Source of the DNA: Thermodesulfobacteriota bacterium
Lineage (GTDB): Bacteria > Desulfobacterota_D > UBA1144 > Nemesobacterales > Nemesobacteraceae
Direction: 5' to 3'
Assembly: GCA_963667625.1 (NCBI GenBank)
Contig: OY763921.1
Location: 802,241-866,240 of the forward strand
DNA length: 64,000 bases
Below, one piece after another: positions 29,836-38,935 of the stretch. The position numbers and the translations under genes were made by a program. Within the stretch, counting starts at the first letter, position 1; each line of letters starts with the position of its first letter. A model generated the notes under the pieces. That model saw only the letters and a list, made by a program, of their open reading frames with translations, ran no database searches and was not told the DNA's origin.

Positions 29836-31059
29836 ATGAATGCGGCAGAACTGATTGGAACAATAAATGAAGGGGAGAACTCTTACGTTGAGTTCAAACG
29901 GGATGACGGACAGGCAAACTCACTTGCCAAGGAGATGTCCGCATTGCTTAATCTTGAAGGAGGGCTGATTCTTCTCGGAGTTGAAGACGACGGGTCAGTC
30001 TCAGGCCTTGTCCGAAGTCGCGGCGAAGTGGAACTATGGGTTATGAACATCGCCCGGCAGAATCTTCAGCCAAGCTTTATCCCTCAATGGAGTTCCGTTA
30101 CGCTTGAAGGTGGCAAGGTTGTCGGAATTATTCGCCTGCCTCAGGACAGTTTTGGCAAACCCTACAAAGCCAGGCATGGTTCGACTTGGACCACTTATGT
30201 CAGGGTTGGAAGCACGTCACGGGCTGCTACGCGGGAAGAGGAAGGACGTCTCTATCAGTCTGCTGGGGTTGTTCGGTACGATATAAAGCCTGTAGTCGGA
30301 ACAGATTTCGAAGATCTTGATTTTAATCTGCTTGACAACTATTTCCGTAAGATATTAAAAAGAAAAGAGGTTCCGGAACTTGAGGATGCGGAGAGCTGGC
30401 GGCAGTTACTGATAAACGTTGATCTGCTTGCGATATCTGATAAGACTGTCTACACAACGGTTGCCAGTCTGCTGCTTTTCGGACGAAATCCCAACAGACG
30501 TATTCCGCAGGCTGGAGTTACGGCAACCGCATTTCCTGGGAATGAAAAGGACTATGATACTACCGATGAGGAAATCATAAGAGGGCCTCTTGTGTCTGAG
30601 TTTTCCGGAAGCGGCAGGGTTCTTGAGAAGGGTGTCATTGACAGGGCCGTGGACTTCGTGCTGAGAAACATGGGAACTACAGCCTGGCTTGAAGGAGGCC
30701 GAAGGCTAAGAAAGAAGGCTTTTCCCGATGATGCTATCAGAGAGTCGATAGTGAATGCGGTTGCGCATCGCGATTACACTATTGTGGGTACTGACATTGA
30801 ACTCTCTTTGTACTCGGACCGCATTGAAGTCATTTCCCCTGGCAGGCTCCCGAATGGCGTAACGGTGGATAAAATGAAAGATGGTCTGCGCGCGGCAAGA
30901 AACGAAATGCTGAAGGAAATACTGCGTGACTATGGTTACGTGGAGCATCTGGGTATGGGAGTTCGAAACCGCATTATACGGTCAATGATCACTCACAACG
31001 GCAAGGTTCCGGATCTTATTGAGGAAGGGGAACGTTTTATTGTCCGTCTGTGGAAATAA
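29836..31059 (+). CDS. Schlafen-like AlbA_2 (divergent AAA, PF04326) + HATPase_c_4 (RecG-C-terminal-like) protein; putative regulator or defence ATPase
   Basis: The N-terminus E..YVEFK...LLNLEGGLILLGVEDDG matches the AlbA_2 pattern. The C-terminus ESIVNAVAHRDYTIVGTDIELSLYSDRIEVISPGRLPNG matches HATPase_c_4. Confidence 0.7.
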   Translation: MNAAELIGTINEGENSYVEFKRDDGQANSLAKEMSALLNLEGGLILLGVEDDGSVSGLVRSRGEVELWVMNIARQNLQPSFIPQWSSVTLEGGKVVGIIRLPQDSFGKPYKARHGSTWTTYVRVGSTSRAATREEEGRLYQSAGVVRYDIKPVVGTDFEDLDFNLLDNYFRKILKRKEVPELEDAESWRQLLINVDLLAISDKTVYTTVASLLLFGRNPNRRIPQAGVTATAFPGNEKDYDTTDEEIIRGPLVSEFSGSGRVLEKGVIDRAVDFVLRNMGTTAWLEGGRRLRKKAFPDDAIRESIVNAVAHRDYTIVGTDIELSLYSDRIEVISPGRLPNGVTVDKMKDGLRAARNEMLKEILRDYGYVEHLGMGVRNRIIRSMITHNGKVPDLIEEGERFIVRLWK

Positions 31060-31092
31060 AAACCTGCTTAGATTGCGTTTTCACACAGATGG

Positions 31093-31230
31093 TTAGTGCG
31101 TATTTTCTGCGGAGTGTGGAAATCTCGGTTCAATAACACGGAGGAACTGTTTTCTTATTTCTTCTGATTTGGCTCCAAGATCAACGGTTGCGAAACGTAT
31201 CTCGTGTCCTTGGATCACCACAGACTTCAT
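31093..31230 (-). CDS. 45-aa ORF (MKSVVIQGHEIRFATVDLGAKSEEIRKQFLRVIEPRFPHSAENTH) translationally coupled to the antitoxin; no recognisable toxin fold
   Basis: ATGA overlap with the upstream gene. Too short for the ORF track. Translated by hand. Confidence 0.25.
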   Translation of the reverse strand: MKSVVIQGHEIRFATVDLGAKSEEIRKQFLRVIEPRFPHSAENTH

Positions 31231-31502
31231 TCTTCTTCATCAATGAACGGGATTTTACGTCTTGACTCACGGCGGTTGGGGACCGGGAGGTTTGTCCCCC
31301 GTGGCATGTTCTCAATTAGCCACTGCCCCATAGGTTTTTTAGATGTCTCCTTGGCTTGCCATAACTTTGCAGGCACAAGAACGAAGGATTTCTTTATTCC
31401 GATATACTGAGGACCTTCAGTCTCAGCGAGCCTCAGTATTTCGGAAAGTTTCGCTTTGGCCTCTGCTACGGTCCAGACGCGTTTGGTTCTCGGAACTGTC
31501 AT
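31227..31502 (-). CDS. Phd/YefM-type type II antitoxin-like protein (91 aa)
   Basis: The N-terminus TVAEAKAKLSEIL...KKSFVLVP matches the Phd/YefM pattern. Its stop overlaps the next ORF's start (ATGA). Confidence 0.5.
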   Translation of the reverse strand: MTVPRTKRVWTVAEAKAKLSEILRLAETEGPQYIGIKKSFVLVPAKLWQAKETSKKPMGQWLIENMPRGTNLPVPNRRESRRKIPFIDEEE

Positions 31503-31604
31503 GTTTGCTTTTCCTCCGAAGAAAATGCGTATCGGTTTTTTACAAGCCTGTGTGCGTGCTGATTTTCGTTATCACAGCAAATAGTTTACAATATAAAACC
31601 TGCC

Positions 31605-33086
31605 ATGAATATCTCCGACCTCCTTACTCATCTGGGAGCGATGGCGATTGCTGCCTTCGTGTTGTTCTACTATCTGACCAGGGAAAAAAGCAGGCGTGGG
31701 TCCGTCGAAACCGAGCTGTCTGTTATCAGAACCGAACTGGAAGAGTCAAAAAGCAAGAGTGCCCTACTGGAAGGGGAGCTTAAAGAATCGGTCGAGGTTG
31801 CAAGTGCTCTTAACGCCGAGAAAGCCTCCCTTGAATCCAGCTTAAAAGAAAAGATGACCGCTCTTGCGGACCGCGATTCCAGGATTTCCGGGTTTGAAAG
31901 GCAGGTGAGGGAACTTACTTCTCAGGTCACCGAGAAAGAAAGCCTTCTTTCGAGGCTCAGTACGACCATAGAGCAGGAAAGAAAAGGTTTTGAGGAAAAA
32001 CTGGCCATCTTGGATGAAGCGAAAAAAAGACTCGGAGACGAATTCGAGAACCTCGGAAACAGGATTTTCGAGGATACGACCAAGAAATTCACCGACAAGA
32101 ACAAGACGGACATGGAGACCCTGCTGAATCCCCTCCGCGAGCAGATAAAGGATTTCGAGAAAAAGGTTACAGACACCCACAAGGATGCGAGCAGTGACAT
32201 GGCTTCCCTAAAAGCCCACATAGAGAACCTCAAGAATCTGGGCGAGCAGATGAGCCGCGAAGCCGTTAATCTCACTACCGCCCTCAAGGGAGAGTCGCAG
32301 ACCCAGGGCGCCTGGGGAGAAATAGTCCTTGAGAGGGCACTTGAGATGTCGGGACTGTCCGAGGGCAGGGAGTATCATTCACAGCCGAGCTACAAGGGTG
32401 GGGACGGCAACACACTGAGACCCGACGTGATAGTCCATCTCCCCGAGGGAAAAGACGTCGTGATCGACTCCAAGGTCTCGCTCACCGCTTACGAGAGATA
32501 CATGTCCTGCGAGAATGAGGAGGAGAGGGGGGATTACCTAAGGCAGCATGTTCTCTCTTTTCGAAACCACATAAAGGAACTCAGTTCCAAGGGATACCAG
32601 GGTATTCCCGGAATCACGAGCCTTAACTACGTCTTGATGTTCGTTCCGCTTGAATCCGCCTTCATGCTTGCCATAGAGACCGAGGGGGATCTTTACTCCG
32701 AGGCCTTTGAGAAGAACGTGATAATCGTTTGCCCCTCGACTCTTCTTGCGACGCTTAGAACCATACACAGCATCTGGCAGTTTGAGTACCAGAACGCAAA
32801 CGCCAGGGAAATAGCCGAAGGCGCCGGCAGGATGTACGACAAGTTCGTGACCTTCACTGAGCATCTCGCTGAGGTCGGAAAGCGCATAGAACAGTCCGAT
32901 CAGGCCTACCAGAAGGCAATGAGCAGCCTTCGCGACGGCAAGGGCAATCTCGTGAAAAGAGCCTTGGATCTCAAGGAGTTAGGAATAAAAACCTCGAAGG
33001 AGCTCCCCCCTGATTTCTCGGAGAGATCCGAACCCTCGGGGTACGCGGTTTCTCCCGGCAAGGAGACGGACGAGGGGTTACAGTGA
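31605..33086 (+). CDS. rmuC: DNA recombination protein RmuC
   Basis: N-terminal TM segment, long coiled coil, and a C-terminal RmuC nuclease-like domain (GAWGEIVLERALEMSGL...VIDSKVSL). Confidence 0.85.
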   Translation: MNISDLLTHLGAMAIAAFVLFYYLTREKSRRGSVETELSVIRTELEESKSKSALLEGELKESVEVASALNAEKASLESSLKEKMTALADRDSRISGFERQVRELTSQVTEKESLLSRLSTTIEQERKGFEEKLAILDEAKKRLGDEFENLGNRIFEDTTKKFTDKNKTDMETLLNPLREQIKDFEKKVTDTHKDASSDMASLKAHIENLKNLGEQMSREAVNLTTALKGESQTQGAWGEIVLERALEMSGLSEGREYHSQPSYKGGDGNTLRPDVIVHLPEGKDVVIDSKVSLTAYERYMSCENEEERGDYLRQHVLSFRNHIKELSSKGYQGIPGITSLNYVLMFVPLESAFMLAIETEGDLYSEAFEKNVIIVCPSTLLATLRTIHSIWQFEYQNANAREIAEGAGRMYDKFVTFTEHLAEVGKRIEQSDQAYQKAMSSLRDGKGNLVKRALDLKELGIKTSKELPPDFSERSEPSGYAVSPGKETDEGLQ

Positions 33087-33165
33087 TCCGTCGTGTTTAG
33101 AAAAAGGAGGGGAAATCGTGTACGATTCCACTTCCTAAATTCGATATCTAGAGAGGTAGCATAGA

Positions 33166-33966
33166 TTGTTTGAGAATTCTATTAAAGGTAGCTGGGCGCT
33201 GGTGCTTGGTTCTTCAAGCGGCTTCGGGGAAGCCTGCAGCCTTGAGCTTGCGCGCCGGGGAATGAATATTTTCGGCGTGCACCTTGACCGCAGGGGCACG
33301 ATGGCGAAGGTGGAGGGCATAGTTGACGAGATAAAGAGCACGGGAAGCGATGTAAGGTTCTACAACGTAAATGTCGCCGATGCGGAAAAAAGACAGGAAG
33401 TCATTGCGGACATAAAGGACGTGGTGCAGAAGGATGGCTCCCGGGTAAAGGTAATGATACATTCCGTCGCCTTCGGGACCCTGAAGCGCTACGTTGCGGA
33501 TGAACGCAGAGACGTTCTAAACAGCAAGAACATCGACATGACCCTGGACGTGATGGCCCACAGCATCGTTTACTGGGCGCAGGATCTTGTTATGGAGAGA
33601 ATAATGGGCGAGGGCGGGAGAATATTTGCCATGACGAGTTCAGGGAGTCACAGGGTATGGCCTACTTACGGCGCCGTATCGGCCGCCAAGGCGGCCATAG
33701 AGGCCCACATACGCCAGCTTGCCGTCGAGCTCGCTCCAAGCGGGATTACCGCAAACTCAATAATGGCCGGGGTAACGGACACTCCCGCGCTGAGAAAGAT
33801 TCCGGGAAATGAGAAGCTCGTTGACCACGCTCTCGCGGCGAATCCTTCGGGAAGACTGACGACACCGGAAGACGTGGCAAAAGCCATTGCGCTTCTCTCC
33901 CTTGACGAAGCCTCCTGGATCACGGGCAACCTGATAGGGGTTGACGGCGGGGAAGATCTTGTTTGA
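33166..33966 (+). CDS. SDR-family oxidoreductase, enoyl-ACP-reductase-like (FabI/FabL-like Y-x6-K active site), TTG start
   Basis: Glycine-rich loop LVLGSSSGFGEA. Active-site motif TYGAVSAAK (Y-x6-K). ITANSIMAGVTDTP resembles the FabI NAISAGPIRT motif. Confidence 0.6.
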   Translation: MFENSIKGSWALVLGSSSGFGEACSLELARRGMNIFGVHLDRRGTMAKVEGIVDEIKSTGSDVRFYNVNVADAEKRQEVIADIKDVVQKDGSRVKVMIHSVAFGTLKRYVADERRDVLNSKNIDMTLDVMAHSIVYWAQDLVMERIMGEGGRIFAMTSSGSHRVWPTYGAVSAAKAAIEAHIRQLAVELAPSGITANSIMAGVTDTPALRKIPGNEKLVDHALAANPSGRLTTPEDVAKAIALLSLDEASWITGNLIGVDGGEDLV

Positions 33967-34037
33967 TAGGACCGCTTGGTCCGAATCTGTTGAAGGGAAC
34001 CTTGTCTTACAGGTCTTATTAGTATAAAGTATAAATT

Positions 34038-34460
34038 ATGTTAAGTCACCGCAGAGACAGGGATGTCGATTTAGCAATTTTTTTACTCAGAGTCGGCTTC
34101 GGCTTCTCGATGCTTATTTTCCACGGCTACGGGAAGCTGATCGGAGGGCCCGAGAGGTGGGCTAAAGTCGGGGGGTCACTGCAGACCTTCGGCATTGATT
34201 TTTATCCGGTTTTCTGGGGTTTTATGGCGGCTTTTGCCGAGTTTTTCTGCTCGGCTTTCATAATCATGGGGATTTTCTTTATTCCCGCGACTTTTCTTCT
34301 GTCCGTTAACATGATCGTGGCGGTTCTCTTTCACCTGTATCTTCCGGAGGAGTCGCCAGCGGCGGGATGGCAGGGGGCTTCACACGCGATTGAATATCTT
34401 TTCGTCTACGTGGTGTTGATGATTTCCGGTCCTGGAAAGTACAGGATAAACCTAGGCTGA
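34038..34460 (+). CDS. DoxX-family membrane protein
   Basis: Four hydrophobic segments of the DoxX pattern (LLRVGFGFSMLIFHGYGKL...). Confidence 0.7.
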   Translation: MLSHRRDRDVDLAIFLLRVGFGFSMLIFHGYGKLIGGPERWAKVGGSLQTFGIDFYPVFWGFMAAFAEFFCSAFIIMGIFFIPATFLLSVNMIVAVLFHLYLPEESPAAGWQGASHAIEYLFVYVVLMISGPGKYRINLG

Positions 34461-34522
34461 CGGTCTTCGTTGGTTTTTTCATCCAAGCAACTCTTGGATT
34501 TTTAAAAGCGTAAGCTATAACC

Positions 34523-35755
34523 ATGTCCAAAAACCGTAGAATCAGTTCCTTTATCTTATTTGCAGCTATAATGTCAGTCGCTTTGCTTTTGTCCGGCTGT
34601 CAGACTCTGAATTGGAACGAAAAATGGCAAAGCAACTTTATTGATCAAATGGCTGTGGCCAGAGACAGTCAGATGCTTAAAAACCTAGTGCGCATGCGCT
34701 ATGGAACCCCGCCTGTATTTACAACTGTTGGAACGGTAACGGAGAAATACAAACAGGCACCGAGTCAAATTTCATTAGCCGGTGCGGTAACCAGCGTCCT
34801 TGGTTCCTCAGTAGACGATAGCGCGAGAAGCGAAAATAGTCTCTCGGGGCAGGTGGGAATAGGCGGCACCCGTGAAACTACCCTTCAATACAGCCCGCTT
34901 GTCGGCAAGGAACTGAATACGACCATGAATCGACGTCTGGGGCTCGAGACAGTGTTTGATCTTACCCAATCCGGGTTTTCGATAGAACGCGTTCTTGCAA
35001 TAACAGTTGAAAGTTTCGGACCCGCATTAAATGCTCCGTTTGCATCCGGACCTACCCCGGATTATTTGCCGAAACAGGGAGAATTCAGCAAATACGAAGA
35101 GATACTTGCCGCATTAAGAATTTTGAGACAACAAAATAAAATAAGGTTTCTCAATGCCAGTCCTGATGAGATCTGTTCCCCTACCAAAATCAAAAAAGAA
35201 GAGTCGCCGAAAAAATTAATAGCCTGCTTTTTGGACGACAACGATTGCCTGTGCGAAAATAATGATGACCCGCAATGGAAAGAATTGACTAACCTTTTGA
35301 AGGTTGAAGATAGAAAAGGGATTTTAATACTGACCGATTCTGAAACCAGGTCCAGTTTCGAAATAAGAGTGAGAACCCGCTCATTGTTCGGAATAATGCA
35401 CTACCTGTCTCAGAACGTAAAAGTACCCGATGGGGACAGGGAAATAGTCAAAATTTCAGAGATCAACAACGGCGAAGGTTGCGGGGAAGAAGGCAAAAAG
35501 CAAGAGGGTTGGGATTGCAGCCCCGCTGGACAGCGATTCGAAGTCATATCAAGCGATACGCAACCTCAGTTGATTTGTTCAAATCCCCGAACTGATGGAG
35601 ATTGCGCTTCGGTCGTTGCCAGACATAACGGTCGCTGGTTTTACATCAACGCCAGGGATCATGACAGCAAAGCTACTTTCGCGCTGCTGACAAAGTTATT
35701 TGAGATACAAATCTCTGGCAGGGAAACGAATCAGGGCATTTTTCTTGTTCAGTAA
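34523..35755 (+). CDS. Hypothetical lipoprotein, 410 aa
   Basis: Signal peptide with lipobox LLLSGC. No recognisable domain. Confidence 0.55.
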   Translation: MSKNRRISSFILFAAIMSVALLLSGCQTLNWNEKWQSNFIDQMAVARDSQMLKNLVRMRYGTPPVFTTVGTVTEKYKQAPSQISLAGAVTSVLGSSVDDSARSENSLSGQVGIGGTRETTLQYSPLVGKELNTTMNRRLGLETVFDLTQSGFSIERVLAITVESFGPALNAPFASGPTPDYLPKQGEFSKYEEILAALRILRQQNKIRFLNASPDEICSPTKIKKEESPKKLIACFLDDNDCLCENNDDPQWKELTNLLKVEDRKGILILTDSETRSSFEIRVRTRSLFGIMHYLSQNVKVPDGDREIVKISEINNGEGCGEEGKKQEGWDCSPAGQRFEVISSDTQPQLICSNPRTDGDCASVVARHNGRWFYINARDHDSKATFALLTKLFEIQISGRETNQGIFLVQ

Positions 35756-35890
35756 ACTAGCCCATGTCAGCAGAAAGATACGGGGGCTCGTGTAAAACGG
35801 GGGCAACGAGGAGTTTGTAGAGGTTGGAAGCAGCATCCCGCGGCGGAATCTGTTGTATATGCTCTGGATAAATAAGGCATCGGCGACGCG

Positions 35891-38422
35891 TTACTCTGTG
35901 TCGACCGACACCTTCTCGAGATTCGTTTTTATTACCCGAAGGAAGTTCTTCCCCATTATTTTCTCGACCACACCGGTCGGATATCCCTTGCCGAGAAGAT
36001 ACTCGGGGAGTGCGGGAAGTTTGGATATGTGTCTCATTTCTTCCGGAAAATCTTTTATCGGCGCTCCGTCCATGTCGGTTCCCACTCCCACGTGATCCTC
36101 GCCGCAGACGCTTATAATGTGGTCTATGTGAGCGTATATGTCTTCGAGGGTAGCGCAGCCTTCTCCTTTCCTTAAGAATTTCCCGTAGAAAACGACCCCG
36201 ATTACCCCGCCCCTCTCGGAAATGGCGCGAAGCTGCTCGTCACGCAGGTTCCTTGGATGGTCCACAAGCGCTCTTGAATTCGAGTGGGTCGCAATGGGTA
36301 TCAGTTCGGTGAGTTCCACGCTCTCCCAGAAGCAGCGTTCGTTAAGGTGGGAGAGATCAAGCGTGGTGCCCAGGGTGTTCATCTGCCCCAGAAGTTCTTT
36401 TCCCTGATCAGATAGCCCTTCCTTGCTTTCAGGCCCGGAAGCGTAGATGTTCCTGTTGTTCCAGGAAAGACCGAGAGCCCGGACGCCCCTTCTCTGGTAT
36501 TCAACAAGATGCTCCGGGTTCAAAATGGGATCAGCTCCTTCCATGAGAGTGAAAAACCCGATCTTTTCGCCTTCCCGCAGTCTGTCTATGTCCCGTCTGC
36601 TTTTTATCTGAAAGACGCTTTCTGAGTGTTCACGGTATATCCCGTCGTAGAGGTCAAGCTGGGCCATGGCTTCCGTTACGGAACGCGCGGGTTTGTGCTT
36701 CGGGTGTATGAAAACGGTGTTGAAAACTACCCTGGCCCCGCCTTGCCTGAGCCCGGGCAGGGTTATCATGCAGGGGACCTCGGGATTCTCAAATTCCCTT
36801 TTGTAGTGGCGCATGTGAAAGGCTATGTCCTGGTGAGCGTCGATGGTGAAAAAAGTAGCCGAAGCGGGAGTTCCCCATCCTCCCCCTCCCGGAGTCTCGA
36901 TTCTCACCGCTTCTCCGGCCTTCACCTCAATAGAGCATTTCGCGGGCAGTTTTTTCTCTTCCGCTCCTGACACAAGCGTGTTCTTACCGCTTTTCCCGTC
37001 TTCTCCGCCCCGGGCTCCCCAGGGCCGCTTCTCCCTTCTCTCGGTTATGAGGGAGACATGGGAATCTTCAAGGAACCTGTACTGCCTTATGATTCCGTCC
37101 CCGCCCGGGAACCTGCCCGCGCCCCCTGATCCCTTTCTTACGGAGTATGATTCCACCATTACGGGAAGCTCCCTCTCGATTGCCTCAACGGGGGTGTTGA
37201 GCGTGTTTGTCATGTGCGTGTGCACCGCGTTTGCTCCACCAGCGCCTGAGCGTCCTCCCATTCCGCCGGCTATGGTTTCATAGTAGGCGTAGGAGGAATC
37301 AGAAGGTGCGTTTCGCGGCGAGCCGAACGCGAGGTTGCTCATCGTTCCCGCGCTTGCCGCCTGTATCATCTCGGGGACTGCCTCGGCGAGCGCTCCGAAC
37401 ACCACGTCCACTATCCTCTGGGACGTCTCGACGTTTCCGCCGACGACCGCGCTTGGGTACTTGGCGTTTAGAATCGAGTCTTCGTCGACTCTGATTTCAA
37501 TCGGCCTCAGGGTTCCCGAGTTAAGAGGCGTGTCCTCACCCGAGAGACACTGAAAACAGTATAAAACCGCGGAGGTTGTTACGCTCAGGGGAGCGTTAAG
37601 ACATCCTTTTACCTTCTTCGAACTTCCTCTGAAGTCGACCACTGCTGTGTCCCCGCTTATTTTTATCTTTACCTGTATCGGTATATTCCTCGTTCCCGCC
37701 CCGTCATCTTCAAGGTAGTCAGTAAAGACGTAATCGCCGTCCGGTATTTTCTCTATGGCGTTTCTAACTAGCCTCTCCCCGTAGTCAAGAAGCCCGGAAG
37801 CGGCTTGGTTTATTTTCGAAAGAGAGTATTTTTCGAGAAGCTCCCGCATCCTTTTCTCCCCGGTATCAAGCGAGGCTATCTGCGCCCGAAGATCCCCTTC
37901 TCTTTCCTCATGATCCCTAGTCGAGAGGATTATTTCCTGAAGCAGGGTTTCACGCACCACGCCCTCTTCCCGTATTCTTGTCGGGGGTATTATGATTCCC
38001 TCTTCGTGAATTGTCGTTGAAAGCGGCATGGACCCCGGGGTGTCGCCCCCTATGTCCGCGTGGTGGGCTCGCGAAGCGAGCAGAAACTCAGGCTTCCCGT
38101 TGACGAACACTGGAGCGATGCACGTTACGTCGGGAAGATGCGTTCCGCCACGGAACGGGTCGTTAAGGATGAAAACGTCTCCAGGGGAGAGATTCTCCGT
38201 CGCTACCGATCTTGCGGCAAACGACATTGACCCCAGGTGTATGGGGATATGGGCGGCCTGGGCGATCATTTCTCCCTCTGAGTTGAATATGGCGCAGGAA
38301 AGATCCCGTCTTTCCTTTATGTTCGGAGAGAATCCGGCTCTTACGAGCACAGAACCCATTTCCTCGGCGATTGTTCCGAGAAGGTTGTTGAAGATCTCTA
38401 GCTCGAAAAGTTCTAGTTCCAT
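35891..38422 (-). CDS. Fusion protein: N-terminal hydantoinase-B / 5-oxoprolinase subunit B-like (HyuB, about residues 1-520) + C-terminal M19 membrane/renal-type dipeptidase (about 525-843)
   Basis: HyuB N-terminus MELELFELEIFNNLLGTIAEEMGSVLVRAGFSPNIKERRDLSCAIF. M19 motifs IDAHQD (cf. DGHND), DLSHLNE, ATHSNSRAL..HPRNL.D, GGVIGVVFYG and HIDHII..CGEDHVGVGTDMDG. Confidence 0.75.
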   Translation of the reverse strand: MELELFELEIFNNLLGTIAEEMGSVLVRAGFSPNIKERRDLSCAIFNSEGEMIAQAAHIPIHLGSMSFAARSVATENLSPGDVFILNDPFRGGTHLPDVTCIAPVFVNGKPEFLLASRAHHADIGGDTPGSMPLSTTIHEEGIIIPPTRIREEGVVRETLLQEIILSTRDHEEREGDLRAQIASLDTGEKRMRELLEKYSLSKINQAASGLLDYGERLVRNAIEKIPDGDYVFTDYLEDDGAGTRNIPIQVKIKISGDTAVVDFRGSSKKVKGCLNAPLSVTTSAVLYCFQCLSGEDTPLNSGTLRPIEIRVDEDSILNAKYPSAVVGGNVETSQRIVDVVFGALAEAVPEMIQAASAGTMSNLAFGSPRNAPSDSSYAYYETIAGGMGGRSGAGGANAVHTHMTNTLNTPVEAIERELPVMVESYSVRKGSGGAGRFPGGDGIIRQYRFLEDSHVSLITERREKRPWGARGGEDGKSGKNTLVSGAEEKKLPAKCSIEVKAGEAVRIETPGGGGWGTPASATFFTIDAHQDIAFHMRHYKREFENPEVPCMITLPGLRQGGARVVFNTVFIHPKHKPARSVTEAMAQLDLYDGIYREHSESVFQIKSRRDIDRLREGEKIGFFTLMEGADPILNPEHLVEYQRRGVRALGLSWNNRNIYASGPESKEGLSDQGKELLGQMNTLGTTLDLSHLNERCFWESVELTELIPIATHSNSRALVDHPRNLRDEQLRAISERGGVIGVVFYGKFLRKGEGCATLEDIYAHIDHIISVCGEDHVGVGTDMDGAPIKDFPEEMRHISKLPALPEYLLGKGYPTGVVEKIMGKNFLRVIKTNLEKVSVDTE

Positions 38423-38935
38423 ACGAGCAGAATGATAACCAATTTAGGGATTGCCCGTGTGAAAAACACAGGATTCAGAGTGGTAGTTATAGTTTGAAAG
38501 CTACTTTCATCAAATGGCAAAGACAGATTGATCACGTTTTTTGTGCTCATTCCTAATGATCAGTAAATATTCCCTTAAGCAGTACTCACAAATGTCACGC
38601 TAAACTCTATGAGCTACTTGTGATCTTGCATGACCCATACAACCTGTGTCGCCTAAGGGGATTAGGGCTTGCGTCTAAGTCTGCTACCCCGCTACAATGG
38701 TGCGCCGATGCAGGACTTCGTGCGTACATTCGCTGATTCCTGCGAGAGATGCTCTGTTAGCCCGAGGGTATCGACGAACCGGCTCCCAGCAAAATCGCAG
38801 TTTTTATGCAGAGAGTAAGAAGTGGACCCCAAAATAAAATTGCCGAATGGAAGACATAAAAAGCGCAATCTTCAAAGGTCTTTTAAAACATCACAACACC
38901 ACTTTTTAATAGTTCAACGGGCGAGTGCTAATTGC

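Noticed and set aside
31343-31783. 146-aa plus-strand ORF
   Set aside because: It overlaps the antitoxin gene on the opposite strand and the start of rmuC. No motifs.
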